Program-made: the position numbers and the translations under genes
Shown here: piece by piece, positions 30,988-39,337 of the stretch
Layout of the letters: each line of letters opens with the position of its first letter
Numbering within the stretch: the stretch's first letter is position 1
The notes under the pieces: generated by a model
The model's input: only the letters and a program-made list of their open reading frames with translations
The model's database searches: none
Told to the model about the DNA's origin: nothing
Source of the DNA: Gammaproteobacteria bacterium
GTDB taxonomy: Bacteria > Pseudomonadota > Gammaproteobacteria > JBCCGL01
Assembly: GCA_965277715.1 (NCBI GenBank)
Contig: OZ255836.1
Span: 2,048,001 to 2,112,000, forward strand
Direction of reading: 5' to 3'
Length of the DNA stretch: 64,000 nt

Positions 30988-31626
30988 ATGAACCAACAAA
31001 CCACCGAAAGCACTCAACATTTCTACTTAAAGCCCTTTACGGCTGACCATTTGGCACAAGTTGCCGAGTGGTACGAAAACATTGATGATTTATCCATGAT
31101 TGAAAGCAAGGTGCCGGTACCGGTGAATGTCCAGTCACTTGAAAAAGCCTGGCATCACAACCTTTCACAAACAGAACCCCAAACCAGTTACATATTCTTT
31201 ATAGTGAGTAAGAGTAGCGAGCCGATAGGATATGTCGGCTTGCAGGACATAAATTATGCGCATGGGAATAGCGTGGTTTTTATCTATGTAAGAAAAGATA
31301 AGCGCTATTGCGGCATTGGGTTACGGTCTGTTGCATTAATGCTTGACCTGGCCTACGACCAACTGCGGTTACATCGGGGTACCACCTACGTTTATACGCA
31401 CAATACCCCTTCAGTAGCACTACTACAGCGTTGTGGATTTATCGATGAAGGGCGTATGCGGGAAGCCTGCTTCGTTGATGGAAAACACAATGATGTTAGG
31501 ATAGTAGGGATATTGGCAAAGGAATGGCATGCATTGAGAGAATCACTAAGCGATTCGCTTAGTCGACAAATGATTGTTTCAATTGGCAATAACGTAGATA
31601 ATAGATGGAATTGGCCTTCGGTATAA
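30988..31626 (+). CDS. GNAT acetyltransferase (RimJ/RimL-like)
   Basis: IGYVGL, RYCGIG, HNTPSVALLQRCGFIDEGRMRE acetyl-CoA-binding pattern. Confidence 0.85.
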   Translation: MNQQTTESTQHFYLKPFTADHLAQVAEWYENIDDLSMIESKVPVPVNVQSLEKAWHHNLSQTEPQTSYIFFIVSKSSEPIGYVGLQDINYAHGNSVVFIYVRKDKRYCGIGLRSVALMLDLAYDQLRLHRGTTYVYTHNTPSVALLQRCGFIDEGRMREACFVDGKHNDVRIVGILAKEWHALRESLSDSLSRQMIVSIGNNVDNRWNWPSV

Positions 31627-31650
31627 GCAAAATATTTATTGAGTAATCCA

Positions 31651-31744
31651 CTAGGAGTCTGTCGGATTCAGGACTGCTCTACTGCGGAAAAGTCGATTTG
31701 GCCCTTTCCCTCGCTACCAGCGCCTAAACCCGACAGACTCCTAG
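31651..31744. mobile_element. 94-bp MITE with CTAG ends
   Basis: CTAGGAGTCTGTCGG (31651-31665) and CCGACAGACTCCTAG (31730-31744) perfect inverted repeat; homolog at 42753-42890. Confidence 0.8.
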
Positions 31745-31767
31745 CATTCGTTTGAGGGGATTTTTTG

Positions 31768-32038
31768 GTGACTAGTTGTAGCAATAATAAAAACAAGCGA
31801 GAGCTAAAAGCTATTTTATTTGCAGACGTGGCCAACTACACCCTTTCAACCCAAATGATGCTGATATTATGGCCGATATGGCTGATGCACTTGGACATGC
31901 AGGGCGTTCATATGCAAAAAAATACTTAAATCCCATCCAAATTTTTCACTTAAACACTGGATATCAATGATACCAGACAAGTCTCCTGATGACTCAGCGC
32001 ATTTTGTTGAAGGACTTCGAAAAGCAGGTTTATCATAG
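31768..32038 (+). pseudogene. Internally deleted cyclase-TolB-TPR paralog
   Basis: Three joined pieces: MTSCSNNKNKRELKAILFADVANYT / NPNDADIMADMADALGHAG / HPNFSLKHW...PDK...VEGLRKAGLS*, matching the start, a TPR segment and the end of 33235..35001. Confidence 0.9.
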
Positions 32039-32315
32039 TTGGTAAAAGGTAAATGTTATGCACCGACCAATGTATAACACTTACCATAACTACATACTAT
32101 TTAGCCCCCTCCCTTCAACCTAGCCCCACTTACTCTAGCCCCACTAGATTGCATCTGTTCCTGAGCTAACCTTGATAAACGCGTATCCCCCTCATCTAAA
32201 AGCTGTTTGTGCTCTGATCGACGTACCTTGTCAACCGCCGTGTTGAGGTGTGCGCTTATGTGATAACGATCATCCTATATTCCGCAGTTAAAATTGTTTA
32301 TATTTCTCCAAGTAT

Positions 32316-33060
32316 TTGAAAATTTTTAGAAAAGCTATGAAATTATCCGATTCATCCGTTCACCCAAAGAGTGAAGAAAAAAACTCACCGAAAACGGGCT
32401 TATCAGAAGCGATAGAAGGTCAGCTTGAAGTAGATACCTACGCAGGTAAAGTGTTTGTAGAGTGGGCCCCGGATTCGGCGGTAACGCCATTAGGTCAACT
32501 GCCCTTTTTCATCCACTTTCTCAAGTGGGAAGAGCGTTTTGATCCGTGGGTGGAGGTTTGTCCGCTGAGTGATAGGAGCAACAATGCACCGGCTAAACGA
32601 GATGTATTAGGCAGCCTGTTTTTATCGATACTGTCTGGGCATAGACGGTATGCGCATTTAGCGACGTTGCAAGCAGATCGGGTGAACACGAAGTTATTGG
32701 GTATGGATAAAGTGGTGAGTGATGATTCGGCGATCCGTACCTTACAAAAGATGCCGGAAGAAGCGTCTATCCACTGGTTGCAGGAACACCTGCTAAGCAG
32801 TTGTGATCCCCTGCTACGCTAGCCGTGGATACTGGGTGTGGATGTCACGGTAAAGCCGCTGTATGGCAGTCAGGAAGGAGCGAAAGTCGGTTACAACCCC
32901 CACAAACCCGGGAGGCCTTCACACACGTATCATAACCTACCTTATAGCGAGTTTACGGTTGGTGTTGGAAGTGGAAGTACAAGCAGGCAATCAAAGTGTA
33001 GCGTGTTATTGCGCACCGGGTTTACTGGAGCTGTTGGATCGTTTGCCCGAGGGCTGCGTA
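32316..33060 (+). mobile_element. IS1380-like DDE transposase pseudogene (truncated)
   Basis: VTPLGQLPFF, SILSGHRRYAH, DVTVKPLYG.QEGA.VGYNPHKPGRPSH; in-frame TAG at 32820-32822, frameshift near 32933, 3' half missing. Confidence 0.8.
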
Positions 33061-33234
33061 ATAAATATTTATCGTATTGCTGAAAAAAAAATACCGTAGC
33101 AACATTCACAAACTCAAGGGCAAGATCTCTCAAAAAACACTTTGTTTTTTCTATTGCTTGTATACAATCTGGATATTAGAATATACCTATTTTAACTTAG
33201 CAAACCCACTAGCACCCATCTGGAAGATTCTTTA

Positions 33235-35001
33235 GTGGCACATAACAACAAAAATAAACGAGAACTGAAAGCAATCCTATTTGCCGATGTAGTAGGCTAC
33301 ACGCGCCTAATGCAAGACAATGAAGAAGCAACTCATGTAGCAACCACCGAACTAGTCGATATTTTCACAAAGGGTTGCGATAAACTGGGTGGCGAAATGC
33401 TTGAAATAAGAGGCGATGGTATCTTTGCATTATTCACCAGTGCTATAAACTCAGTTCGGTTTGCAGATAAAACACAAGACCTTATCGAAAAACATAATCA
33501 AAAATACGAAGAGCATCGAAAAATACGTTTCCGTATAGGCATTCACTTAGGTGATGTTGTAAAAAATAATAAACACTATTATGGAGACAGTATCAATATC
33601 GCCTCACGCATTGAGGGTTTAGCCGATCCAGGTGGCGTGTGTATTTCCAGCGCAATATACGAACAAGTTAAAAGTAACGGTAGTTTTGGTTACGAATACC
33701 TCGGACCGAAAAAATTAAAAAATGTTACTGAGCCTATTAATACCTACCGAATTGTTAAGGATACAAATACAGCCACTCTTGTAGCAAGCCCACGAGACCC
33801 AGAAGAGAGAAAACAACTTATACCAGAGGAAATTCGACCTTCCGTTGCTGTTTTACCATTTAAAAACACTGATGGAAATCCAGCATTTGATTACTTTCCT
33901 GACGGTATAACTGAAGATATTATTACCAACCTATCCAGGTTTCATAATTTGTTTGTAATCGCACGGAGCTCTTCATTTGTATACAAGAATAGTGTCTTAC
34001 CTGCAAAAGTTATCGGAAGAGAGTTGAACGTTCGCTATCTAGTAGATGGTACTGTTCGCCTAGCAAATAACCGCGTCAGAGTTTCTGTCCAGCTAGTAGA
34101 CACAGACAAAGGTTCAACTATTTGGGCAGATAAATACGATCGCAGTCTTGATTATATTTTTGAGGTGCAAGATGAAATATCGGCAATTATTTGTAATATT
34201 ACTGCCGTCAAAATTGAAAAAGAAGAACGTGCCCGCTCATCACATGTCTTACCTGCAAACTTACACGCTTATGAGTATGTTCTCCAGGGTCAGCAACAAA
34301 TATATTTATATACAAGAAAAAGCGTTAGCTCGGCTCGCAAACTTTATGAATCAGCTATAAAGTATGATCCTCGCTATGCAAGAGCATTTGCATCAATGTC
34401 ACGCACTTTAAACCTAGAATGGCGATATTCATGGTCAAATAACCCAGAAGAGTCACTATCACGTGCACTTGACCTTGCTAAACAAGCTGTTTCAATGGAT
34501 GATAGCGACGCGAGAGGGCATTCTGAACTTGGTTTTGTGTACCTCTATAAAAAAGAACATGACCTATCTATTAATGCCTATGAAAAAGCTCGCATCATCA
34601 ATCCAAATGATGCTGATATTATGGCGGATATGGCTGACGCTCTTGTCCATTCAGGCAAACCTGAAGAAGCTCTAAAAATAATAAAAAAAGCTATGCACTT
34701 AAACCCATTTTATCCTGACCAGTATTTGTGGCACCTAAGCGGAGCACAGTTCAAACTAAAACAATATAGAGATGTTATATCTACAGTAAATAAAGCAAAT
34801 AACCCAACAGAAGGAGAGAGATTACTCGCAGCTAGTTTTGCCCACCTCGGCGACCTAGATAAAGCTAAGTGGTATGCCAACCGAGTTTTAGAAGCTCACC
34901 CGAATTTTTCTTTAAGGCATTGGCAAGAAATACTTCCCGACAAATACGAGGAAGATGCAAAGCACTATATCGAAGGCTTACACATGGCAGGCCTTCGATA
35001 A
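33235..35001 (+). CDS. Class III adenylate/guanylate cyclase with TolB-like and TPR domains
   Basis: AILFADVVGYT, EIRGDG, FRIGIHLGDV, YGDSINIASRIE; PSVAVLPF..DGITEDIITNLSRF TolB-N-like; C-terminal TPRs; AT-rich. Confidence 0.92.
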   Translation: MAHNNKNKRELKAILFADVVGYTRLMQDNEEATHVATTELVDIFTKGCDKLGGEMLEIRGDGIFALFTSAINSVRFADKTQDLIEKHNQKYEEHRKIRFRIGIHLGDVVKNNKHYYGDSINIASRIEGLADPGGVCISSAIYEQVKSNGSFGYEYLGPKKLKNVTEPINTYRIVKDTNTATLVASPRDPEERKQLIPEEIRPSVAVLPFKNTDGNPAFDYFPDGITEDIITNLSRFHNLFVIARSSSFVYKNSVLPAKVIGRELNVRYLVDGTVRLANNRVRVSVQLVDTDKGSTIWADKYDRSLDYIFEVQDEISAIICNITAVKIEKEERARSSHVLPANLHAYEYVLQGQQQIYLYTRKSVSSARKLYESAIKYDPRYARAFASMSRTLNLEWRYSWSNNPEESLSRALDLAKQAVSMDDSDARGHSELGFVYLYKKEHDLSINAYEKARIINPNDADIMADMADALVHSGKPEEALKIIKKAMHLNPFYPDQYLWHLSGAQFKLKQYRDVISTVNKANNPTEGERLLAASFAHLGDLDKAKWYANRVLEAHPNFSLRHWQEILPDKYEEDAKHYIEGLHMAGLR

Positions 35002-35080
35002 GATTATAAGCTAGTGCACTGAAAGTCAGTGACTTTGATAAAGCTATTTTCCCGCCAAATAGAATACATGCTGTAGACAG

Positions 35081-35530
35081 CTAACTACCTTTTACATGCA
35101 TGCCTTTTACATTCATGCCGCTAGTTTTCAGTTGCTGGTTAGCTGATAGGACAGGTGCCAAAAGTATTTCCTCAAACGCTCCTGTCTCTAAATCTAACCG
35201 AATAGAAAAATCCGCTTTATCATATGTCCAGACACGAATTCCAGCCTGCTCAATCTCTAACTCAGGGTCTGGTTCAATAACAGTCCCTGCCTCAGCCGGT
35301 GTTTGCCCATCCCCGTGCACCATAAAAATGGCAGGACGAGGCATATCATAGTAATGCCCTTCATACTCAAAGCCATAGACACGCGCCAATTGAGCATTTT
35401 CAGCGGACAATTGGCTTTGCAAAGCAGTTGTCGCCCCAGCACCTTGAGAACTCGCCCCTTCAAGCTTTAGATCGGTTACCACTCGCCCGTATAGACGAAT
35501 CACAGATTGATTCAGTAATGTTTCACTCAT
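35081..35530 (-). CDS. Hypothetical protein with C-terminal GMxVK repeats; candidate YcaO/TfuA substrate
   Basis: Last gene of the ycaO operon with AAGGAAA RBS; ends SGMNVKGMHVKGS. Confidence 0.75.
   Translation of the reverse strand: MSETLLNQSVIRLYGRVVTDLKLEGASSQGAGATTALQSQLSAENAQLARVYGFEYEGHYYDMPRPAIFMVHGDGQTPAEAGTVIEPDPELEIEQAGIRVWTYDKADFSIRLDLETGAFEEILLAPVLSANQQLKTSGMNVKGMHVKGS
35090..35119 (-). repeat. 15-bp tandem repeat encoding GMNVK/GMHVK
   Basis: Minus-strand GGCATGAATGTAAAA-GGCATGCATGTAAAA, one mismatch. Confidence 0.85.
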
Positions 35531-35561
35531 TAGTGTTTCCTTCTTTCGGTTTGTTGTTAAA

Positions 35562-36932
35562 TTAGTGTCGCAAGTTTAACCGCGCCCGCTGAACTCTTTC
35601 GTAATACGTTAGTCGGCTGTTATTTTCAGCCAACTCAGTCGGTTGCAGCTGTAGTATACGCGTGGAGTGCATGTGGCTTGTGATCTCACCAGGCGCTTCA
35701 AACTGTGGCCCAGCTTCTATTAAGCCGACACCTCTACGCGTTGTATTATGTATTATAATTTCTTTATATGCCCCTTCTGTGTATTCACAATCCACATTAA
35801 TAAGGGCTTCAACTACATCAGCATACCTAAGACACTGAGGTGATAATCTCAAACAGACTCTGGCGAGATAAGTGCCTACAGTATCACGTGCATCCATTAA
35901 TGACTGCTTAAAACCCAGCGGATCAGCCGCAAAGGCACGATCAAAGCCTACCTGGACAAGGTATTGTTTTTCTGGCACATATTCATGTTCATGTGCGAAT
36001 TCTTTTAATGGCTGGCTAATCAACTGCCTCGATAACAATATTTCCTGAAAAATATCGACAAAGATATCAAATATAGCCCCTGTCAGTGGCTGCCCTAACG
36101 CATGTTCATCACTCCAACCATCAACAAAATTCCGCATAGTCAATGTGTTAGCCGCCAGCCTAATTTGCTCATTTCTGGAGAGTTCGGCTATCCGGTTTAG
36201 CCTGTTTAGCGAATACAAATTGCCCGAGGTATTTTCCAGCAATTCATCCAATATCGAGTCAAAGTGCATCACCGCAATAATGGCCGTTAAATCCGCCGCC
36301 GATTCATGGAACCCATAGTATTCGCCTGTTTGATTTTCCGGCTCAGGTACACCCACCTGGCTATAAATAATGCCATGGCCTATCTCGTGTGCAATAACGT
36401 CAAAATTCAGGCAAAAATGACTAAAAAAGCCATCCTCCGTCGTATGGGAACCCGCCTCCATAAACCCGTAACCAATCTGCGCATTTGGAAAGTGCGGCAG
36501 TATCGCCAACTCAAGGCGGTCATAATGGTGATCAAAATGCCAGGGTATAGAGCAGCCGAAATACTGCTCCCAAACATCTAAGGTGAACCGCGCACAACCG
36601 AATAAGTGCGCCAGTTTAAATTCGTGGGAGTCAACTGGGATGTGATCAAAGTGGCCGTGCTTGTCTGGCATTGCAGGTGGATAAATATCCCCCGTCCACG
36701 GGGGCAACAGTAGATAAGAACCGTAGCTGCCACTGTGGCAACCATATTCCTTCACTTTATCAATAGGGTATAACGCATACATTCGATCATCAGCCGGGCC
36801 TGGACCAACCGTTCCAGCCGGGCAGGAAATGTATACCTGTTCCGGTTCATTATCTGCATCGACAAATGGAGCCTGTGGAAACAACCGAAACCGTGTCCCA
36901 CCTGAATCATTATATTGAACTACCTTGTCCAT
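35562..36932 (-). CDS. Gluzincin (M4/M36-like) zinc metallopeptidase
   Basis: NFDVIAHEIGH (HExxH), GFHESAAD third ligand, DEHALG; no signal peptide. Confidence 0.8.
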   Translation of the reverse strand: MDKVVQYNDSGGTRFRLFPQAPFVDADNEPEQVYISCPAGTVGPGPADDRMYALYPIDKVKEYGCHSGSYGSYLLLPPWTGDIYPPAMPDKHGHFDHIPVDSHEFKLAHLFGCARFTLDVWEQYFGCSIPWHFDHHYDRLELAILPHFPNAQIGYGFMEAGSHTTEDGFFSHFCLNFDVIAHEIGHGIIYSQVGVPEPENQTGEYYGFHESAADLTAIIAVMHFDSILDELLENTSGNLYSLNRLNRIAELSRNEQIRLAANTLTMRNFVDGWSDEHALGQPLTGAIFDIFVDIFQEILLSRQLISQPLKEFAHEHEYVPEKQYLVQVGFDRAFAADPLGFKQSLMDARDTVGTYLARVCLRLSPQCLRYADVVEALINVDCEYTEGAYKEIIIHNTTRRGVGLIEAGPQFEAPGEITSHMHSTRILQLQPTELAENNSRLTYYERVQRARLNLRH

Positions 36933-36980
36933 ATTATTTTTTGATCTGCCTTATATTATTTATAGCTTCCGCACACCTTT

Positions 36981-38354
36981 TTACTGGCTTTCCCGTTTCA
37001 TTGCAAGCTCAAAAAAGTGCTGTTTTTTTACCAATTGGTAAAAATCCTCGCGCCGATGGAGGCCTATTTGCAGTAAATAATCATCAAGGTTAGCTGGAAT
37101 GCCCTTACCCAATTTTGACTCAAAATACCAGGCAAGTAATTGCGCAGGCACGATATCAGACGCTAGTTCACCAGAAATACAAGCGGCCCGCTTCGCTTCA
37201 GCACACGCTTTGAGCGCATTATACTCACCACTAAGGCGCAGTTCGTTTAACAACAAATGAACACTCTCATCATCCAGGTCATTCTCAACCGCTTTGCACA
37301 ACTGCTCATCCTGCAAAGCCTGTTGCAGGTTTTCTAGCGTCCAGTTATTTTGTTCAATCCACTGGTCAAGCTGAACACGCGTATACAACCCCAAGTTTTC
37401 CCGCCATGCTTGCAGCTGTTGGCACATTTGCCTGTCACCAATTGCTATGCGTTTGCGCCCCGCCTCGTGCAACGCCAGTTTTTTAAGACGAGCACGCAAC
37501 ATAACCTGACGATAATGTAATGGCGCCAACCTGAGTTCATCGATAATGAGCTGCTCTATACCAGCAACAAGTTGCTTACTCTCTACATGCGATTTTTCCG
37601 CTTTACCTGCCAGTGCATGCCCTGTTACAACGCTATCCCACGCCACTGTCCATTCAAATGCATAGTCGCAACGCATCGGAGCGGCTTCAGAGGAAGAAAA
37701 CGCTGCCAATGCCGCCAACAAAGCTTCAGCATCCTGACATTTTAAGTCCTGCTCCCCTCCCGGCAACCAACGTTCAAATGCCGACAACATATGCGCTTCA
37801 GCACCTGCCTGCTTCGCTGCGGCTACCACACACAACCATTGGCGTTTTTGATAAAAAATAGACTTTGCTGCCGCAATTAACAAATCCGCATCCTGCTTAC
37901 TCACCACTGATTCAGTCAGCGCACGACTTACGGTCGCACGGACATTGACCATAGGAAGAGATAATGACAAGTAGCCCAACTCTGCAGGGCCGTGTAATAC
38001 AGCTACTTCATCATCGTCTTCAAGCACACCATCGCGATAACAGGCAAAAATTTCACCCACACCCCGCATACCGAATGAATGCAATTCAGCAGCGCGCAAC
38101 GCCCCCATACTACTGGCACCAAACACATGAATACCACGCGACATAGCCCAAAGAATTTCTTTGTGCCATACGGAGGGAACACCCTCAAAATAACCATCGA
38201 TGATGGCTATCACATCAGGTGCTGTCTGTGCTGCACGGTACACATCCCCCTGCGAAACTGGGGCTTGCCATTCAACACCTTGCACCGCTTCAACCGCATC
38301 ACGGGAAATACTCGGCCCGGAAAATACAATAGTTTTCACTTGTACTTCATTCAC
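36981..38354 (-). CDS. tfuA: TfuA-like protein with long C-terminal extension
   Basis: IVFSGPS, QGDV, IDGYFEGVPSVWHKEIL, GASSMGALRAAEL, DDDEVAVLHGP, NVRAT. Confidence 0.93.
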   Translation of the reverse strand: MNEVQVKTIVFSGPSISRDAVEAVQGVEWQAPVSQGDVYRAAQTAPDVIAIIDGYFEGVPSVWHKEILWAMSRGIHVFGASSMGALRAAELHSFGMRGVGEIFACYRDGVLEDDDEVAVLHGPAELGYLSLSLPMVNVRATVSRALTESVVSKQDADLLIAAAKSIFYQKRQWLCVVAAAKQAGAEAHMLSAFERWLPGGEQDLKCQDAEALLAALAAFSSSEAAPMRCDYAFEWTVAWDSVVTGHALAGKAEKSHVESKQLVAGIEQLIIDELRLAPLHYRQVMLRARLKKLALHEAGRKRIAIGDRQMCQQLQAWRENLGLYTRVQLDQWIEQNNWTLENLQQALQDEQLCKAVENDLDDESVHLLLNELRLSGEYNALKACAEAKRAACISGELASDIVPAQLLAWYFESKLGKGIPANLDDYLLQIGLHRREDFYQLVKKQHFFELAMKRESQ

Positions 38355-38401
38355 ATTAGCCCGCTATCCCATCCTAAAGAAAGTGTGCAAAGTGCTATGC
38401 A

Positions 38402-39259
38402 TCATAGTTTTTTCTTCTTATCCCGCCAGAACTCCATTTTCTTATATTTATAGTACAGGCTGTTCCCCAAAACCTCACGGGCATCCCAGGTTCTATCTCT
38501 CAGTGCAGGCCCCAGTTTATGCAAATCTGGAATACCATAGGCGCCTGCATCGTTCTCGATAATTTCTTTCTTTATTTTATCAAAATAGTGTGTTTCATTA
38601 TCACCCCATATAGATAGATCTTTACGACCGATAAAACCATATATCTGATCGATAACTTCTCCTGGCTTGGCAATTAAATCTTTTCTCTCTACCAGTAGAA
38701 GGTTTTTTTTACTTTTACTTAAATATGTTTTTTTAAGATTTGCATAACACCAACCAACGCTAGTGGGAATAGTCGGGTTCATCATTAACAGGCAGCGATT
38801 TTCATCGCTCAGTTTTTTATGCTCATTCAGCAGTTGTGCATCAATAAATGAATTGTGGTCGGGATTTTTTCGTATCAGCATAAGAAAGGACGCCAGGCAA
38901 TCTGTAATATTATCGACAGTACAGATTACTTTCATCTCCTCTTGTAAAATTTCCCTGGCAGCGTCAATAGGGTCTTTCATATGCCAGGCCCACGATTTAT
39001 CAAAAATATGCGTTTCCTCCCTGTGTTGATACATACCATCCCGCACACTGCGCCATAGATTTGGCAGTTGATCCGGGTGTTTATAAGCTTTCAGTGTTAC
39101 TGCGTTTTTCCGCCACTTGATCAAAATCTCGCTGATGATTTCACTCAATGGAGAAGCCGGAGAAACATGCATATTTTTATTTTGATTCAGGATTTCACCT
39201 AAAACTGTACTGCCGGTTCTTGGCAGCCCTGCCAGGTAATAATATTTCTTTTGCTTCAC
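38402..39259 (-). CDS. PAPS-dependent sulfotransferase family protein
   Basis: N-terminal LAGLPRTGSTVLGEILNQN 5'-PSB loop, DKS motif; more AT-rich than its neighbours. Confidence 0.8.
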   Translation of the reverse strand: MKQKKYYYLAGLPRTGSTVLGEILNQNKNMHVSPASPLSEIISEILIKWRKNAVTLKAYKHPDQLPNLWRSVRDGMYQHREETHIFDKSWAWHMKDPIDAAREILQEEMKVICTVDNITDCLASFLMLIRKNPDHNSFIDAQLLNEHKKLSDENRCLLMMNPTIPTSVGWCYANLKKTYLSKSKKNLLLVERKDLIAKPGEVIDQIYGFIGRKDLSIWGDNETHYFDKIKKEIIENDAGAYGIPDLHKLGPALRDRTWDAREVLGNSLYYKYKKMEFWRDKKKKL

Positions 39260-39337
39260 ATTTAACTCGCTTGAATTTACAACGTTACCCTGCTTATTCT
39301 TGCAATCGTACTTTCACTTTGTGCAATCTGCAACGCC

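Noticed and set aside
32102-32146. Three TAGCCCC(A)CT direct repeats
   Set aside because: Too short and irregular to assign a function.
33235-35001. Pycsar/CBASS-type anti-phage cyclase
   Set aside because: The architecture is cyclase-TolB-TPR with no adjacent cNMP-binding TM or TIR effector.
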